Source of the DNA: Eledone cirrhosa
Lineage: Eukaryota
DNA length: 64,000 nt
NCBI GenBank assembly: GCA_964016885.1
Contig: OZ024757.1
Coordinates: 43,462,001-43,526,000, forward strand
Reading direction: 5' to 3'
Shown here: one piece after another, positions 11,402 through 24,308 of the stretch
Layout of the letters: every line of letters begins with the position of its first letter
Position numbering within the stretch: position 1 is the first letter of the stretch
Notes under the pieces: model-generated
What the model was told of the DNA's origin: nothing
Database searches by the model: none
Seen by the model: the letters and a program-made list of their open reading frames with translations, nothing else
Made by a program: the position numbers and the translations under genes

Positions 11402-13050
11402 AGGAAATGAATACAAAGAGTTTAAAACCGTTAAAACATGTTTATATAATTGTGCACCTACGTATGTTTCGCCCTTAGCGGGCTTATCAAGGGCATGGAA
11501 AGCAAAATAATGTTCAATATAGGTCCCAGGAGGGAATTTACGGTTAAATTAACATCATCATTCATTTTCTCCGTGCATGTGTTTTTATTATCACAGAGCA
11601 GGGAGAGTAACTCTGGCCGGTCTTCAAGCAATCAGTCCCATGTGGATTTTTATGCCTGTTCATATGCTGGTGTTTAGCATCTTTATGCTATGTGTATTGT
11701 TTCACTAGTGCCAGTACAGGTCGGGTCTGGAGTGTCCATTTATGCCTGTTCATATGCTGGTGTTTAGCATCTTTATGTTATGTGTATTGTTTCACTAGTG
11801 CCAGTACAGGTCGGGTCTGGAGTGTCCATTTATGCCTGTTCATATGCTGGTGTTTAGCATCTTTATGTTATGTGTATTGTTTCACTAGTGCCAGTACAGG
11901 TCGGGTCTGGAGTGTCCATTTATTATTTAGTGGATGTTGCTTCACTAATGTTTGTTCGAGTATGGTTCTGCGGTGTACATTAGGTTCACATATCTTTGTT
12001 CATACTGCGTGCCCACCGGCGTGTTATGGTTCGGGTGGGAGAACCCAGTTCATAGTTTTCATGTCACAGTCGCCTCCCAGGCAAAAACGACACCTGTACC
12101 CGGTGTTTACAATTAATAACTGATTCTGTTCGGCTGTTTAAGAGCTCCTGGGTGTTCTTATGATGTAGTACAGCTCCATGAGGCAGAGCTGGCATTTCCC
12201 CCTGAAGTTGTAGGGTGCAGTCCTACCGACAATATCCCAGAGTGTGGAGAAGATTATGTTGGCATCTTGCAATGTGGTGCCGTAGTAGGCAAGCGATGTG
12301 GAGTGCCTTAATTCTTTGTACCTGAAAGAGTGGAGATGTGACCTAAATCTCGTTTTAAACTGGGCAGAGGTGGCTCCTATATAGTGTTTAACTCCACTAT
12401 GGCTAGTTACGGTGCACTTATAAACAACCTTATCAGTCAGGCAGTTTCCCTTGAGACAGTTTCACGGTCGCTCCTAGTTCCTAGTTCCTAAAGTAAAGCT
12501 ATTACTATTGCTATCTATGTTGTTATCTACGTCTCTAACTCCGTCGTTGGTACTGTTATCTCTCGAGACGTGTGGTGTTGTACCATTATTATTCCGCACA
12601 CCGCAGCCCGTTCTGCTGCCAGTGGGTGACGTGTGTGGGTCGCCGGTATATTCTCCAATCACGCCCTGGTTACGTGGGTTTCGTCTGCCGGGACGGCCAT
12701 CCACCCTATTTGCTGCTGTTAGGGGGATGTTTTGGTTATTAGTGTTGTTGTCATGTCTAGATGTATCTGTGCTAAGGTGTAGTGTTTTGTTAATCTTACT
12801 GCGATTAGTTGCTCCTATGATGTCAGCTAGATTGGGGGTGGTAGAGAAGGATATTTTGATATTGTTTCTGTTAAGTATTTTTCTGTATTTATGATTAGGT
12901 GGGAAATTCCTCTACAAGGCTTCGAAGAATACCCTTGGTACATCGGAGGCCACACTCTGAGAGTCGGTGGGGTGGAACCATATGATATTACGGTGGTGTT
13001 TCCGCTTTACAGTTGGTTTACTACAGGTTGTGCTTCCTAGTTGACAATGA
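11402..13050 (-). mobile_element. Degenerate Penelope-like element (linker, GIY-YIG endonuclease, 3' pLTR); includes a 90-bp x3 tandem repeat at ~11650-11920
   Basis: Minus-strand translation gives IIWFHP...NFPPNHKYRKILNRNNIKISFS and CLKGNCLTDKVVYKC...HYIGAT...FKTRFRSH...CQLCLME. Confidence 0.85.
11453..11495 (-). ncRNA. Minimal hammerhead ribozyme, U3-A8 variant, in the Penelope pLTR
   Basis: TGCCC-TTGATAA-GCCC gctaa GGGC-GAAAC atac GTA-GG(t)GCA. Confidence 0.7.
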
Positions 13051-13058
13051 ATACATAC

Positions 13059-13116
<58 letters not shown>

Positions 13117-13175
13117 GTGTGTTAGTATATATACAGAAGATAAATGGAAAGTAGTAAAAAAGAGTAAGTACTCAC

Positions 13176-13201
13176 TATTGTCATATATGCCATATAGTTA
13201 C
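13176..13201 (-). CDS. CD109-like TEP gene, coding exon 3, 26-nt microexon (GNYMAYMTI)
   Basis: Strong acceptor ttctctcttcttcag and donor gtgagt; converts phase 1 to phase 0 as required between exons 2 and 4. Confidence 0.8.
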
Positions 13202-13447
13202 CTGAAGAAGAGAGAAAATACATTTATTAATTACCTGGTTCAGTTATATAACTTGTCTAATTAGTTTCCTTACTAATATATATATATATATATATATACA
13301 TATATAGTAATAATAATAAATTTGAAGATGATTCTTTGCTTAAACTTTAATCTGTTATTTTAATAAATATATATACATATATATATATATATCATCATCA
13401 TCATCATCATCATCATTTTACGTCCGCTTTTCCCTGCTTGCAAGGGG

Positions 13448-13615
13448 GAGCCCCTACATGGACACACTGGAAGAGGAAGACCAAGGTTAACGTATGTTGA
13501 TGCCCTAAGGACAGACACTGGTCTGTTGGAGACGCAGGACATGGCAGCGATAATGAGGGACAGAGACCGCTGGAGAGAACTCGTCCATGGATCTCGGGAA
13601 TTTTACCCACCCTAG
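13448..13615 (+). mobile_element. 3' terminal fragment of an RTE-like LINE ending in (TA)n
   Basis: Encodes [11 protein letters not shown]...DRDRWRELV; near-identical to 42500-42669. Confidence 0.75.
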
Positions 13616-14382
13616 ATATATATATATATATATATAGGAAAAGAGTCAGGACGCGAGTCATTTAAATTAAGAATCATTTAAATGAAAGATTTTTCTCTTA
13701 ACGTCTGACTGGCTTGGCACCAACGGGTCAGACTGTCCTCTTACTCCGTCACCTTTGTTTTTCAGGCCAGTTCAGCACCCAACCCTTCCGCCACTATGAA
13801 GGAATTTAACCATGTACATGACATCCCAGATCATTGACCACTCCCCATGAAAGACAAGAAAAACAATAAATTTTTAGAATTATTTGCTTTGGTACTTCTT
13901 TTTTTTTTGTTTTGACTGCATGCCCGTATATGGTCTGTACCCCTTGAAAAATTCAGCTACATTCCCGCCGTTCTAATACTGCTGGCTTAGTTTGGATCTA
14001 GCTGTTGAAACGGCCAGAGCTCAGCCGTCGGGGTCCTGGCTTTTTTCCTAATACCCACTCTACTACCCTAAGTATTGAGTACTCTGATGCGTTATGGTCC
14101 ACCTGGTATCTTACCACACCTTCTTCTATATAAATATATTTATCTATGCATACAGGATATCCATAGATAAAATGTCAAGGGAAAAAAATTGCTCAATCTA
14201 GTTCAAGAGAGTTTATTTTGGCATGCTACCAGTGCCTTGAGAAAGCAACACCAAAATTCAGCCCAGAGCATATCAATGGAATCATGCTACCAGTGCCTTG
14301 AGAAAGCAACACCAAAATTCAGCCCGGAGCATATCAATGGAATCAAAATAACAGAAGTAAGCTTTTCTGTTCAAATTCCAGC

Positions 14383-14437
14383 TGTCTGATAATGTCATAG
14401 CTGTTGCATAACAGTTATCACCGAAATATATATAACA
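14383..14437 (+). ncRNA. Degenerate minimal hammerhead ribozyme motif
   Basis: TGT-CTGATAA-long stem II (ATAGCTGT/ACAGTTAT)-GAAA-TATATATA-ACA; architecture as at 52659-52713, G8 mutated to A. Confidence 0.55.
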
Positions 14438-14473
14438 TCAACTAGGGATAAACAAAGTTGACGTATACTTCAT

Positions 14474-14519
<46 letters not shown>

Positions 14520-14969
14520 GAATCTTAGTTCACGAACACCTAGATTCACAAAGAATTTTCCGAACATAAAACGTTTCAGTTCATGAATAGTTTCTCGAGT
14601 AACAAATACACAAGCCAGCAACGGTTGCCGACAAGCTGGAAGTATCAATAAGAAAGTGTCATTTGCTGTGTAGTTAGTTGCAATGGTGATAGCTATCTGT
14701 ATTTCACACACAGTCTCTCACTCTCTCTCTCTGAATTTCTCTCTCAATATTTCATATGGGAAAAATAGTTTCACTCTAGGAACATTTCAGGTGACGAAGG
14801 GTCTTCAGGAATGAATTAAGTTTATGAAAGGAGATTCCACTGCATATATATATATATATATATCTCATACACATATATGTTTATATATATATTCCACACA
14901 CATATATATATATATGTGTGCATATATATATGCCCCACACACAAAAAATGGTTGAAAAAAATGACTAAC

Positions 14970-15130
14970 CATTAGAAATAACTTCAGATACAGTTGCTAG
15001 AGTTGTGTTCCCATCTAAGAGGTTTGCAGTGACTATTGTGTCATCTGTTATCTTCCCAGACAACATAAATGTTACATTGAGTCCATCAGCAGCTGTGAAC
15101 TTCTCAGGAGCGTAAAACAAGTAGAAGGTA
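14970..15130 (-). CDS. CD109-like TEP gene, coding exon 2 (TFYLFYAPEKF...SEVISN)
   Basis: Acceptor tatttcag, donor G|gttagt, phase 2 to 1; Y-x-x-x-AP start of MG1. Confidence 0.88.
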
Positions 15131-15159
15131 CTGAAATAGGAGGGATTACAGAAAAACAT

Positions 15160-15194
<35 letters not shown>

Positions 15195-15474
15195 CTGATG
15201 GTAGCTAAGATGCTTCCATGGGTGGTATGCCGGTTGAGCACTCTATGCTCCTACAGAGCAGAGTATGATATAATAGAACACGAAAAATCAGTGATGCATC
15301 TGAACTCAATTTATTGTGTGTTACAATTGTTTCCCCGGCAGACAGCTCGAGACGCGATCATTGTGTGGATCTGTCTGATTCTGGACCTGCAGGTTCAACG
15401 GACACGTCTAATCTTAGTTAAGCTTCCTGAGATCCAGCTACATCTCTTGTGTACCCATATAGATAGATATAGAT

Positions 15475-15605
15475 ATCTTTCTTTATTTTCCACAGGGGTG
15501 TACAAAAATGGGACATTACAAGCGTTACCCCATTGGGGAGAGGGGGTAACGCTACTGCAGGGTTGTTTTACACCCTGTGGATAGAACAACCCTCGGGGAA
15601 GGAGA
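15475..15605 (-). mobile_element. 3' UTR fragment of a Tx1-like element ending at a GATA-like repeat
   Basis: AATAAAGAAAG followed by atct repeats on minus; similar to the 3' ends at 17582 and 22128. Confidence 0.55.
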
Positions 15606-15771
15606 GTGAGTGACAGACTCTACACCTACCGGTGGCTCTCCGACAGGTTTGCGGTTGTGCCCTTGGCAGTGGAGACTTCTGGTGTCTTTGGCCCTATGGC
15701 TACCTCCCCTCGCGAGATGGAATGGCTCTTCCAGCGATCTCCCTTACCATCATCTGGGGAAACTATATATA

Positions 15772-15802
<31 letters not shown>

Positions 15803-15955
15803 ATGAACATCTAATCACATACAGGGGAAAATCTAATGACATAAACAAATAACATTACCATGTTGCTAAAATTAATCGTTGAGGTTAATTTAATTTCAAT
15901 AATTTCTTTTTTATGTATGTATATGTATGTATATATGTATGTATATATGTATATG

Positions 15956-17010
15956 TCCACCATATTACCGCTTTCGCCATAGCCACCAGACAGAGGAAGA
16001 CTGCCTCTCCTTCATTCTTAAATGAAGGCAGCGGGGTGATCCTCACGATGGACTCGGCTGACAACTGGATGCGTCCTACACGTGTCAGTAGCTGTTCGAC
16101 ATAATTCCACAGGTCGGTCACCCCTGGGCACTGAACAATTGTGTGCAGAATGGTTTCGATGTCCTGCTCGCATCTTGGACAGGTCCTTTTGGCAAGATCT
16201 CTGCCAGGGCGTCCGTGCCTGTAGATTTTGTCTCAAACTGGTAGAGCTTCTCGGTAGCACTGCCAGGCCAGAGACCTCTGGAAGTTATCCATAGGCCCTG
16301 GACGGAAAGTCCTTCTGAACAGACTGGTCAGTTCGTCTTCCTCGATACCTAGAGTTTCCCCGAGAACATCGTCGCACTTATCCTCCACTAATCCCCTATA
16401 GAATGTCGAAGTGGAGTCTCCGCTGATTGCCGTTTCTGCTTGGTAGAGGGCTGTGAGCGCCTGAAGGCATTCAAGGTGCGAGGCGCCTATTTTCAGTCTT
16501 CGCTTGACCCAGGACTGCAGCTCTGTTAGTGAGACGAGTTGTGGAAGAGCTCGTCTCACAAATGACAGCCACACCGGTTCGCCAGTCAGGAATACCTGAA
16601 GATGGCGTTGCCTCAGCGCGTGTCTGCACATCATCAACCACGGCACGCCCAGCCCTCCGTTAGAAGGGTGTTGGCAGCAGATGGATCTCCTCACCAATGG
16701 AGGAGCCTATTTCTTCCAGAGGAACTTGAAGAGTAGGCGTTCCATTTTGGTGAGGTATTCGCGGAGACAAGGCACGACTGTCAAGCGATAGTAGATGACG
16801 GACGCTATGTAAGTGTTCACCACCTCCGCTCGACCTTTCAAGGAGAGTTTGCACTCAGCCCACTTTTGGGTAAGTGCAAACACCTTCGCCGTGACCTCGT
16901 TCCAATTCTTGTCCACCTGGAGGTCTGAACCAAACCAGACCCCGAGCAATTTCACCGGTCCTTCCGTCTAGTGTCCAACGACACTGTCGGAAGGCATGGG
17001 TTTGCCTCTC
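15956..17010 (-). mobile_element. Tx1/L1-clade LINE fragment (C-terminal ORF2, zf-RVT region)
   Basis: KLLGVWFG, LSLKGRAEV, GGLGVPW, SLAWQCYR motifs; paralogous to 22363-23556. Confidence 0.88.
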
Positions 17011-17581
17011 CATATGCCATGCTGTGCCATTTGTGACATCAGGTGTGTTCAGTTGCTTACAAGCAACTGAAGCTTGTTCCTCTTCTAAATGTTGAGGCAA
17101 TAATGTTGGCATTCCTTTGTCCATGTCTGCTACTACCTGCTGGTCAAGTAGGCATGGCTTTCCCTTCCCATTTTCTTGTATTGACAAAGAAGCAGGTGCC
17201 TTTGCTTCGGCCATTTTTTAAAAATTGAAGTCTTTTGCAAAGAGTTTTTGAAAATATGTTGGATGTTTTTGCCTTGAGGGGCACGATATTTTGGGAGACT
17301 GACCAGATCAAAATTTGACCTGTCAGTCCCTCTACAAATTGGTATAAAAATAAAAATTCACAATGATCGCTGAAACTCACCGAGGAGATGACGAAGGACC
17401 ATGACAAGTGGAGAGATACTGTGCTGAATAGGACCCGTCCCACCCTTGCAAGCAGGGAAGAGCGGATGTAAAATGATGATGATGATGATGATGATGAATG
17501 ACGAATTTATTTAAACAAAACTTATCGAGCAAGTTTAACATGTGTCCATCCCAGAGATAGATAGATAGATAGATAGATATA

Positions 17582-18246
17582 TTTCTTTATTAGCCACAAG
17601 GGCGCACAAGAAAAGGGGACAATACAAAGACATGCCGGGGATTTTACATACAGTCGTGTAAAAAATATAAAAACAAACAATTACAACAATCGAAATCCCC
17701 AATAGGGGGGAGGCGCCACAAATGGGTTGTTTAATACCCCGTCGATAGAACAACCCTCAACTCGAGGAGCGTGTTGTGCAAGTGCTCCTTTCTTCCTTTT
17801 GCTCTCTTCCTCAACCTACAGGCTTATAAACAGAGAAGGCCCAATCACTCGGGCCATTTTCGCTTCATTCACCCACCTTTCAGTAAATTTACTGGGGTGC
17901 AGTGCCTCTCTCTCCACCATGATTCTCCTTCTAAAGTGATACTTAAAGAAGGGAATCAATTGTTGTCTAGATAGATAGATAGATAGATAGATTTCTTTAT
18001 TAGCCACAAGGGCGCAACAAGAAAGGGGACAATACAAAGACATGCCGGGGATTTTACATACAGTCGTGTAAAAAATATAAAAACAAACAATTTCAACAAT
18101 CGAAATCCCCAATAGGGGGGGAGGCGCCACAAATGGGTTGTTTAATACCCCGTCGATAGAACAACCCTCAACTCGAGGAGCGTGTTGTGCAAGTGCTCCT
18201 TTCTTCCTTTTGCTCTCTTCCTCAACCTACAGGCTTATAAACAGAG

Positions 18247-18248
<2 letters not shown>
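17582..18248 (-). mobile_element. Two short 5'-truncated Tx1 3' ends (17582-17966 and 17991-18248) separated by (GATA)n
   Basis: Near-identical to 22128-22514; each bounded on both sides by (TAGA)n. Confidence 0.9.
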
Positions 18249-18280
<32 letters not shown>

Positions 18281-21200
18281 TGTTTCTTTTATTTGCCACC
18301 AGGGCATCAAAAGTGGGACAAGTACAATGGGGGGAGTTTACACAAAAAGGCGTCCTCAATAAGGAGGAGGCAATAACAAAATATAAAAATAAAATAAAAT
18401 ATAACAAAAAATAAAATAAAAATAAAATAAAATATAACAAAAAATAAAATTTATAACAAAATCCTCAATAGTGTGCAACCCTTTTCCTCAGGAGCACAGA
18501 GAGGGGGTGCTCCCTCGTTCCTTCCTCCTTTCCACCTACAGGCTTATGTAAAGAGAAGGCCCATTCACACGGGCCATTCTCGCCACTTTCACCCACCTTT
18601 CATAAAAACGACTGGGGTGGAGCACCTCTCTCTCCATCCTGATCCTTCTTCCGAAATGATATCGGAAGAAATGGACCAGTTGTTGGCCAGAGAGAAAGGT
18701 GCCTGACCTCAGTCCTTTCAGACGCGTCCACTATACAACTTCTTTCACCATGGCTATTACGCACAGAAACACCGCCTCTCCTTCATCTTTGAAGGGGGGA
18801 GGCGGCTTGATCATTACAATGGACTCGGTGGTCAACCGGATCGGTCCCACCCTTGACAGCAGTTGTTGACATAGCCCCACAGATCGGCTACGCCCGAGCA
18901 GTGTACCAGTGCGTGTGCAACGGTTTCCTCGTCGCACACGCATCTGGGACAGATCTTTTTGGCGGGGTCCCTACCCGAGCGCCCGTGTCTGTAGAGCTTT
19001 TCTCGAACGGGTAGAGCGCCTCGGTAGCACTGCCAGGCCAGGGACTTCTGGAAGTTGTCCATAGGTCCCGGGCTGAATGTCCTACCGAACAGGCTGGCCA
19101 GTTCGTCCTCCTCCATGTCTAGGGCTTCTCCGAGGGCGTCGTCGCACCTGCTGTGTACCAGCCCTCTATAGAATGTTGTGGTGGAGTCTCCACTGATAAC
19201 CGGATCCACCTGCCAGAGGGCAGTGTGCCAGGCGCCCAGTTTTCTCGGTCTTTGCTTGACCCAGGATTGCAGCTCGGTGAGTGAGACGAGTCTGGGAAAG
19301 GTTCGTCTCACAAACGAGGCCCACACCGGTTGACCGGTGAGGAATACGTAGAGGTGCCGTAGCCTTAATGCGTGTTTCCACATCATTAGCCACGGCATCC
19401 CCAGCCCTCCTTTCGAAGGGTGTTGACAGCAGATGGATCTCCTCACCATAGGAGCCCGCCTCTTCCAAAGGAATTGGAAGAGCGCGCGCTCCATCTTGGC
19501 GAGGGTTTCCCTTGGGCAGGGCACTACGGTCAGGCGGTAGTAGATGACGGACGCTATATAGGTGTTCGCCACCTCCGCCCGACCTTTCAGGGATAGTTTG
19601 CAACTGGCCCACTTCTGGGTCAGTGCAAACACCCTGTTCGTAACCTCCGCCCAGTTTTTCTCCACCTGGAGGTCCGGTCCGAACCAGAAACCCGAGCAAC
19701 TTCACCGGGCCCTCCGTCCAGCGTCCGACGACGCCATCGGAGGGCATCGGTCTGCCCCTCCACGTGCCGAGTTGCAAACCGATCGACTTGTCCCGGTTCA
19801 GCTTAGCCCCTGTGAACTTTTCGTACTCCTCCAGTAAGGTCCCGACCGCCTCGATTTCGGAGGCCGTCGACACCATTACTGTCACGTCATCGGCGTAGGC
19901 CGACACCGCTTTCCGCAATCCCGGTTCCAAAGGGATACCCTGCAACAACTCCAACTTCCGCAGTAGTGGCTCGAGAGTCAACACATACAGAAGGGAGGAG
20001 AGAGGGCACCCTTGTCGGATGGACCGCGCGATTTTGAACGGCTCCGAGAGGTAGCTGTTCACCTTGACCCTAGAGCAGATGCGGCTGCTGTGCATAGCAG
20101 TGATCCAGCCCCTGAAAACGGGTCCGAAGCCTGCCGCCGCTAGCACCACATCCAGGTAACCATGGTTGACCCTATCGAACGCCTTAGATTGATCCAAGTT
20201 GATCAGAGCCCCACCAAAGCCGGGTTCGTTCCCAACCCTCTCTATGATGTATCGCATGAGGTGGAGGTTGTCATGGATGGACCTGGACGGGATAGCGCAT
20301 GTCTGCGCATCTCCCACCAGGTTGCCCACGACAAGCGCCAACCTCTTTGCTAGCACCTTGGCCAAAATCTGTAACTCTGTATTTAGCAGAGTTATGGGCC
20401 TGAAGTTACTTATTTCGTCCCCCTTGTTCTCGTCCTTCCTCACTAGCGTGACTACGCCCTTGGTCACAGTACAGGGAATTCTCCCGTTCTGTTGCCAGTT
20501 GCAGTAGACCGCCTCGAGGAGATCGGGGAACAAGTCCGGCATAGCTAGATATAATTCGTAAGGAAGACCATCGAGACCCGGGGATTTGCGTTTGCCGCAT
20601 TGGCTCAGCACGTCCTCTATCTCAGCGGCCGAAATCGGCTCCTCGCAGGACTTCGCCTCCCTGTCCGAGAGGCGCGGCAGGCCGTCGAGGTATGGACCGA
20701 AGTCCACGTTCCCAACCGGCTCCCCGCCCCTCCCGAACAGTCGGGCAAAATGCCTTTGAAAGGCCTCACACATCTGCTTAGGCTCAAGAATCGCCCGTCC
20801 ATCCAGGTCTCGCAAAGACCGAAGGTAGATTTAGTTCCACTGATGGCCTCTGTCACGCGGGCCCAGCTAACAGCTTTGGTCCCCTCGTTCCCTAGAGCAC
20901 GTATTTTACTTCGGACAACGCAGCCTTCGTGCCTCGCGTCGAAAAACTGGCTCAAAGCCGTTCTCGACATTAGCACTCTGGCCACGTCGCCGCTTCTAAT
21001 TGCCTCTTCTACTCTATCTATTAGCTCCCTTTCCTTCCTATTCCTATCTGCAGCTAGAACCTTACTAAATTCTATCGAGACTACTCTAATCTCTCTCTTT
21101 AGAGATACCCACCACCTGCTGTTGACGATCGCTCCAGTCAACCGTTCCTTAACTAACGTACTAATCCGATCCCTGTAAGCTCTACTTGCCGGCAAGGACA

Positions 21201-22096
21201 AGTTGAGCTTCCAGTAACCGGGGCCCTGTCTATACGTTCTATCAAGGTTGACCATGCAGGTCACCAACTTGTGGTCTGAATAGCCAACCATGAGCATTTC
21301 TGGACAACTTAAAAAGTCCCTGTCCTTATTTCTAACTAAAAATCTATCTAGGTACGACCTAGATGATCCGCTGCGATTTGACCAAGACCAGGTTGGCACC
21401 GTCGGAAAATCTAGTCGAAATCTATCGGCCAGGTCAAATCGGCCGAGTAACCCCTTGAGGCTGTTGCACCCCTCTCTATCGGGACATGCCCCTGCATAGT
21501 CCCAACGTGCATCCAGGATACCATTCCAGTCCCCCACTAAAAGCAGGGAACGGGACGTCCCTAGAAAAGACTCCAGACGCTGGAAAAAGTCGGGCCGCTC
21601 TGTCCCAAAAGGGGCATATGTGGCTACCAGCCTAAAGGCTCTACCTTCACCATTGCCAAGGTCCAGCACCACCAGTCGACCCCCTGGGTCCAAGTGAACT
21701 ATCTGTGTTGCAAGGCCCAGATGTTTTTGCAGCAGAACGACAACCCCACCCCCACCTCCGGGCTGACAGAGAGATGCGTGCATCTCAAAGTCGTCAAAGG
21801 TGGGGGCTAGCTGCCGCATGCTGCTGATCCGGGCCTCGCAGATAACCATCACATTTATAGATTGTGACCTGAGGTCATTTAGAAGCATTGCTTGCTTCCA
21901 AGATGAGCCCAGGCCACGCGCATTTAGACACCCTACTCTTAGCACAGCCATGTTGGTGGTAAGGAGAAAAGGCACTTACCTCTCTGCGTCCCGGGAAACG
22001 GGCCGCTCAATTTCCATGCTGGTTGGGGATGGGTTGTTGGGTGGGGTGGTGGTTTGTGGAAGTGAAGGGGCATCGGTGTGTTGTGGGGTTGGGGTG
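18281..22096 (-). mobile_element. Tx1/L1-clade LINE, near-complete but frameshifted ORF2 (APE, RT, zf-RVT) plus end of ORF1
   Basis: APE motifs GCLNARGL, VGDWN, YLDRF, SDH (ORF 20617-21975); RT motifs KSPGLDG, FRPITLLN, KAFDRV, RQGCPLS, AYADD (19166-20815); CPRC...HALVHC (18832-19665); (GATA)n on both flanks. Confidence 0.95.
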
Positions 22097-22127
<31 letters not shown>

Positions 22128-22129
<2 letters not shown>

Positions 22130-24308
22130 TTCTTTATTAGCCACAAGGGCGCAACAAGAAAGGGGACAATACAAAGACATGCCGGGGATTTTACATACAG
22201 TCGTGTAAAAAATATAAAAACAAACAATTTCAACAATCGAAATCCCCAATAGGGGGGAGGCACCACAAATGGGTTGTTTAATACCCCGTCGATAGAACAA
22301 CCCTCAACTCGAGGAGCGTGTTGTGCAAGTGCTCCTTTCTTCCTTTTGCTCTCTTCCTCAACCTACAGGCTTATAAACAGAGAAGGCCCAATCACTCGGG
22401 CCATTTTCGCTTCATTCACCCACCTTTCAGTAAATTTACTGGGGTGCAGTGCCTCTCTCTCCACCCTGATTCTCCTTCTAAAGTGATACTTAAAGAAGGG
22501 AATCAATTGTTGTCCGGAGAGAAAGGCATCTGTCCTCAGTCCTCTCAACCTCGTCCACCATATAACTTCTTTCACCATAGCCACCGTACAGAGGAAAACC
22601 GCCTCTCTTTCGTTTTTGAAAGAGTCTGGCGGTTTGATCCTTACTATGGACTCGGCAGTCAACTGTATTTGTCCCATACGCGACAGCAGTTGTTCTGCAT
22701 AGTTCCACAGGTCGCTTACGCCCGGGCAGTGTACAATTGCGTGCAGAACTGTTTCAATGTCCTGCGCACATCTTGGACATGTCCTCTTGGAAGGATCCCT
22801 GCCAGGGCGTCCGTGCCTGTAGATCTTGTCACGAACCGGTAGAGCTCCTCGGTAGCACTGCCAGGCCAGGGACCTCTGGAAGTTGTCCATAGGTCCCGGG
22901 CGGAAAGTCCTACCAAACAGACTGGTGAGCTCATCGTCTTCGACGCCCAGAGTCTCTCCGAGCACGTCGTCGCCCTTGTAACGTACAATCCCTCTATAGA
23001 ATGTCGAGGTGGAGTCTCCACTGATTGCTGCGCCCGCTTGCCAGAGGACTGTGAGCGCCTGAGCGCATTCAATGTGCCAGGTGCCCATCGTTTTCGGTCT
23101 TTTCTTCACCCAGGACTGCAGCTCCGTCAGCGAGACAAGCTGTGGGAAAGCCTGTCTCACAAACGGTGCCCACACCAGTTGGGGGTCGGTGAGGAATACC
23201 TGGAGATGTCGCAGCCTCAGCGCATGTTTGCGCATCATCAGCCACGGCATTCCCAGCCCTCTGTTGGAAGGGTGCTGACAGCAGACAGATCTCCTCACCA
23301 GCGGAGTCTGCTTCTTCCACAGAAACTGGAAGAGCATGCGTTCCATCTTGGCGAGGTGTTCACGGGGACAAGGCACGACAGTCAAGCGGTAGTAGATGAC
23401 GGACGCTATGAAAGTGTTCGCCACCTCCGCTCGACCTTTCAAGGACAGTTTGCACTCTGCCCACTTCTGAGTGAGTGCAAACACCTTGGCCGTGACCTCG
23501 TTCCAGTTTTTCTCCACCTGGAGGTCTGGACCGAACCAGACCCCGAGCAATTTCACCGGTCCGTCCGTTCAGCGTCCAACGACGCTGTCGGATGTCATCG
23601 GTTTGCCTCTCCACGTACCGAGTTGCAAACCGACAGACTTGTCTGGGTTTAGTTTTGCTCCCGTCAGCGTTTCGTATTCTTTCAGTATGTTGCCGATCAC
23701 CCCGATTTCCGAGGTGCTCGACACCATTACCGTCACGTCGTCGGCATAAGCCGACGCCGCTTTGCGCAGTCCCGGTTCTAGGGGGATGCCCTGCAACAGC
23801 TCCAATTTCCGCAGTAGTGGCTCTAGAGTCAATACATACAGAATGGAGGAGAGAGGGCATCCCTGTCGAATGGAACGCGTGATTGCGAACGGCTCCGATA
23901 GGTAGCCGTTCACCTTGACCCTCGAGCAGATGCTAGTATGCATCGCCTCGATCCATCCTCTGAACACGGGACCGAAACCGGCCGCCTTGAGAACCGCTTC
24001 CAAGTATCGATGGTCGACCCTATCGAATGTCTTAGACTGATCCAAGTTGATCAGAGCCCCACCGAAGCCGGGTTTACTACCCACCCTCTCTATGATGTAT
24101 CGCATGAGGTGGAGGTTGTCGTGTATGGACCTGGTCGGGATTGCACACGTTTGCGCTTTCCCTACCAGGTTCTCGACGACAAGCGCCAACCTCGTCGCTA
24201 GCACCTTGGCCAAAATCTTTAACTCTGTGTTGAGCAGAGTTATGGGCCTGAAGTTGTTAATTTCGTCCCCCTTGTTCTCGTCTTTCCTGATCAGCGTTAC
24301 TACGCCCT
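22128..24308 (-). mobile_element. 5'-truncated Tx1/L1-clade LINE (RT plus zf-RVT, one in-frame stop)
   Basis: ORFs 23569-24308 (RT, AYADD) and 22363-23556 in the same frame; 3' AATAAAGAAAT(CTAT)n; 5' junction also in (GATA)n. Confidence 0.95.

Noticed and set aside
14770-14812. CTGAAGA...GAAA on the minus strand
   Set aside because: No pairing stem II between the boxes
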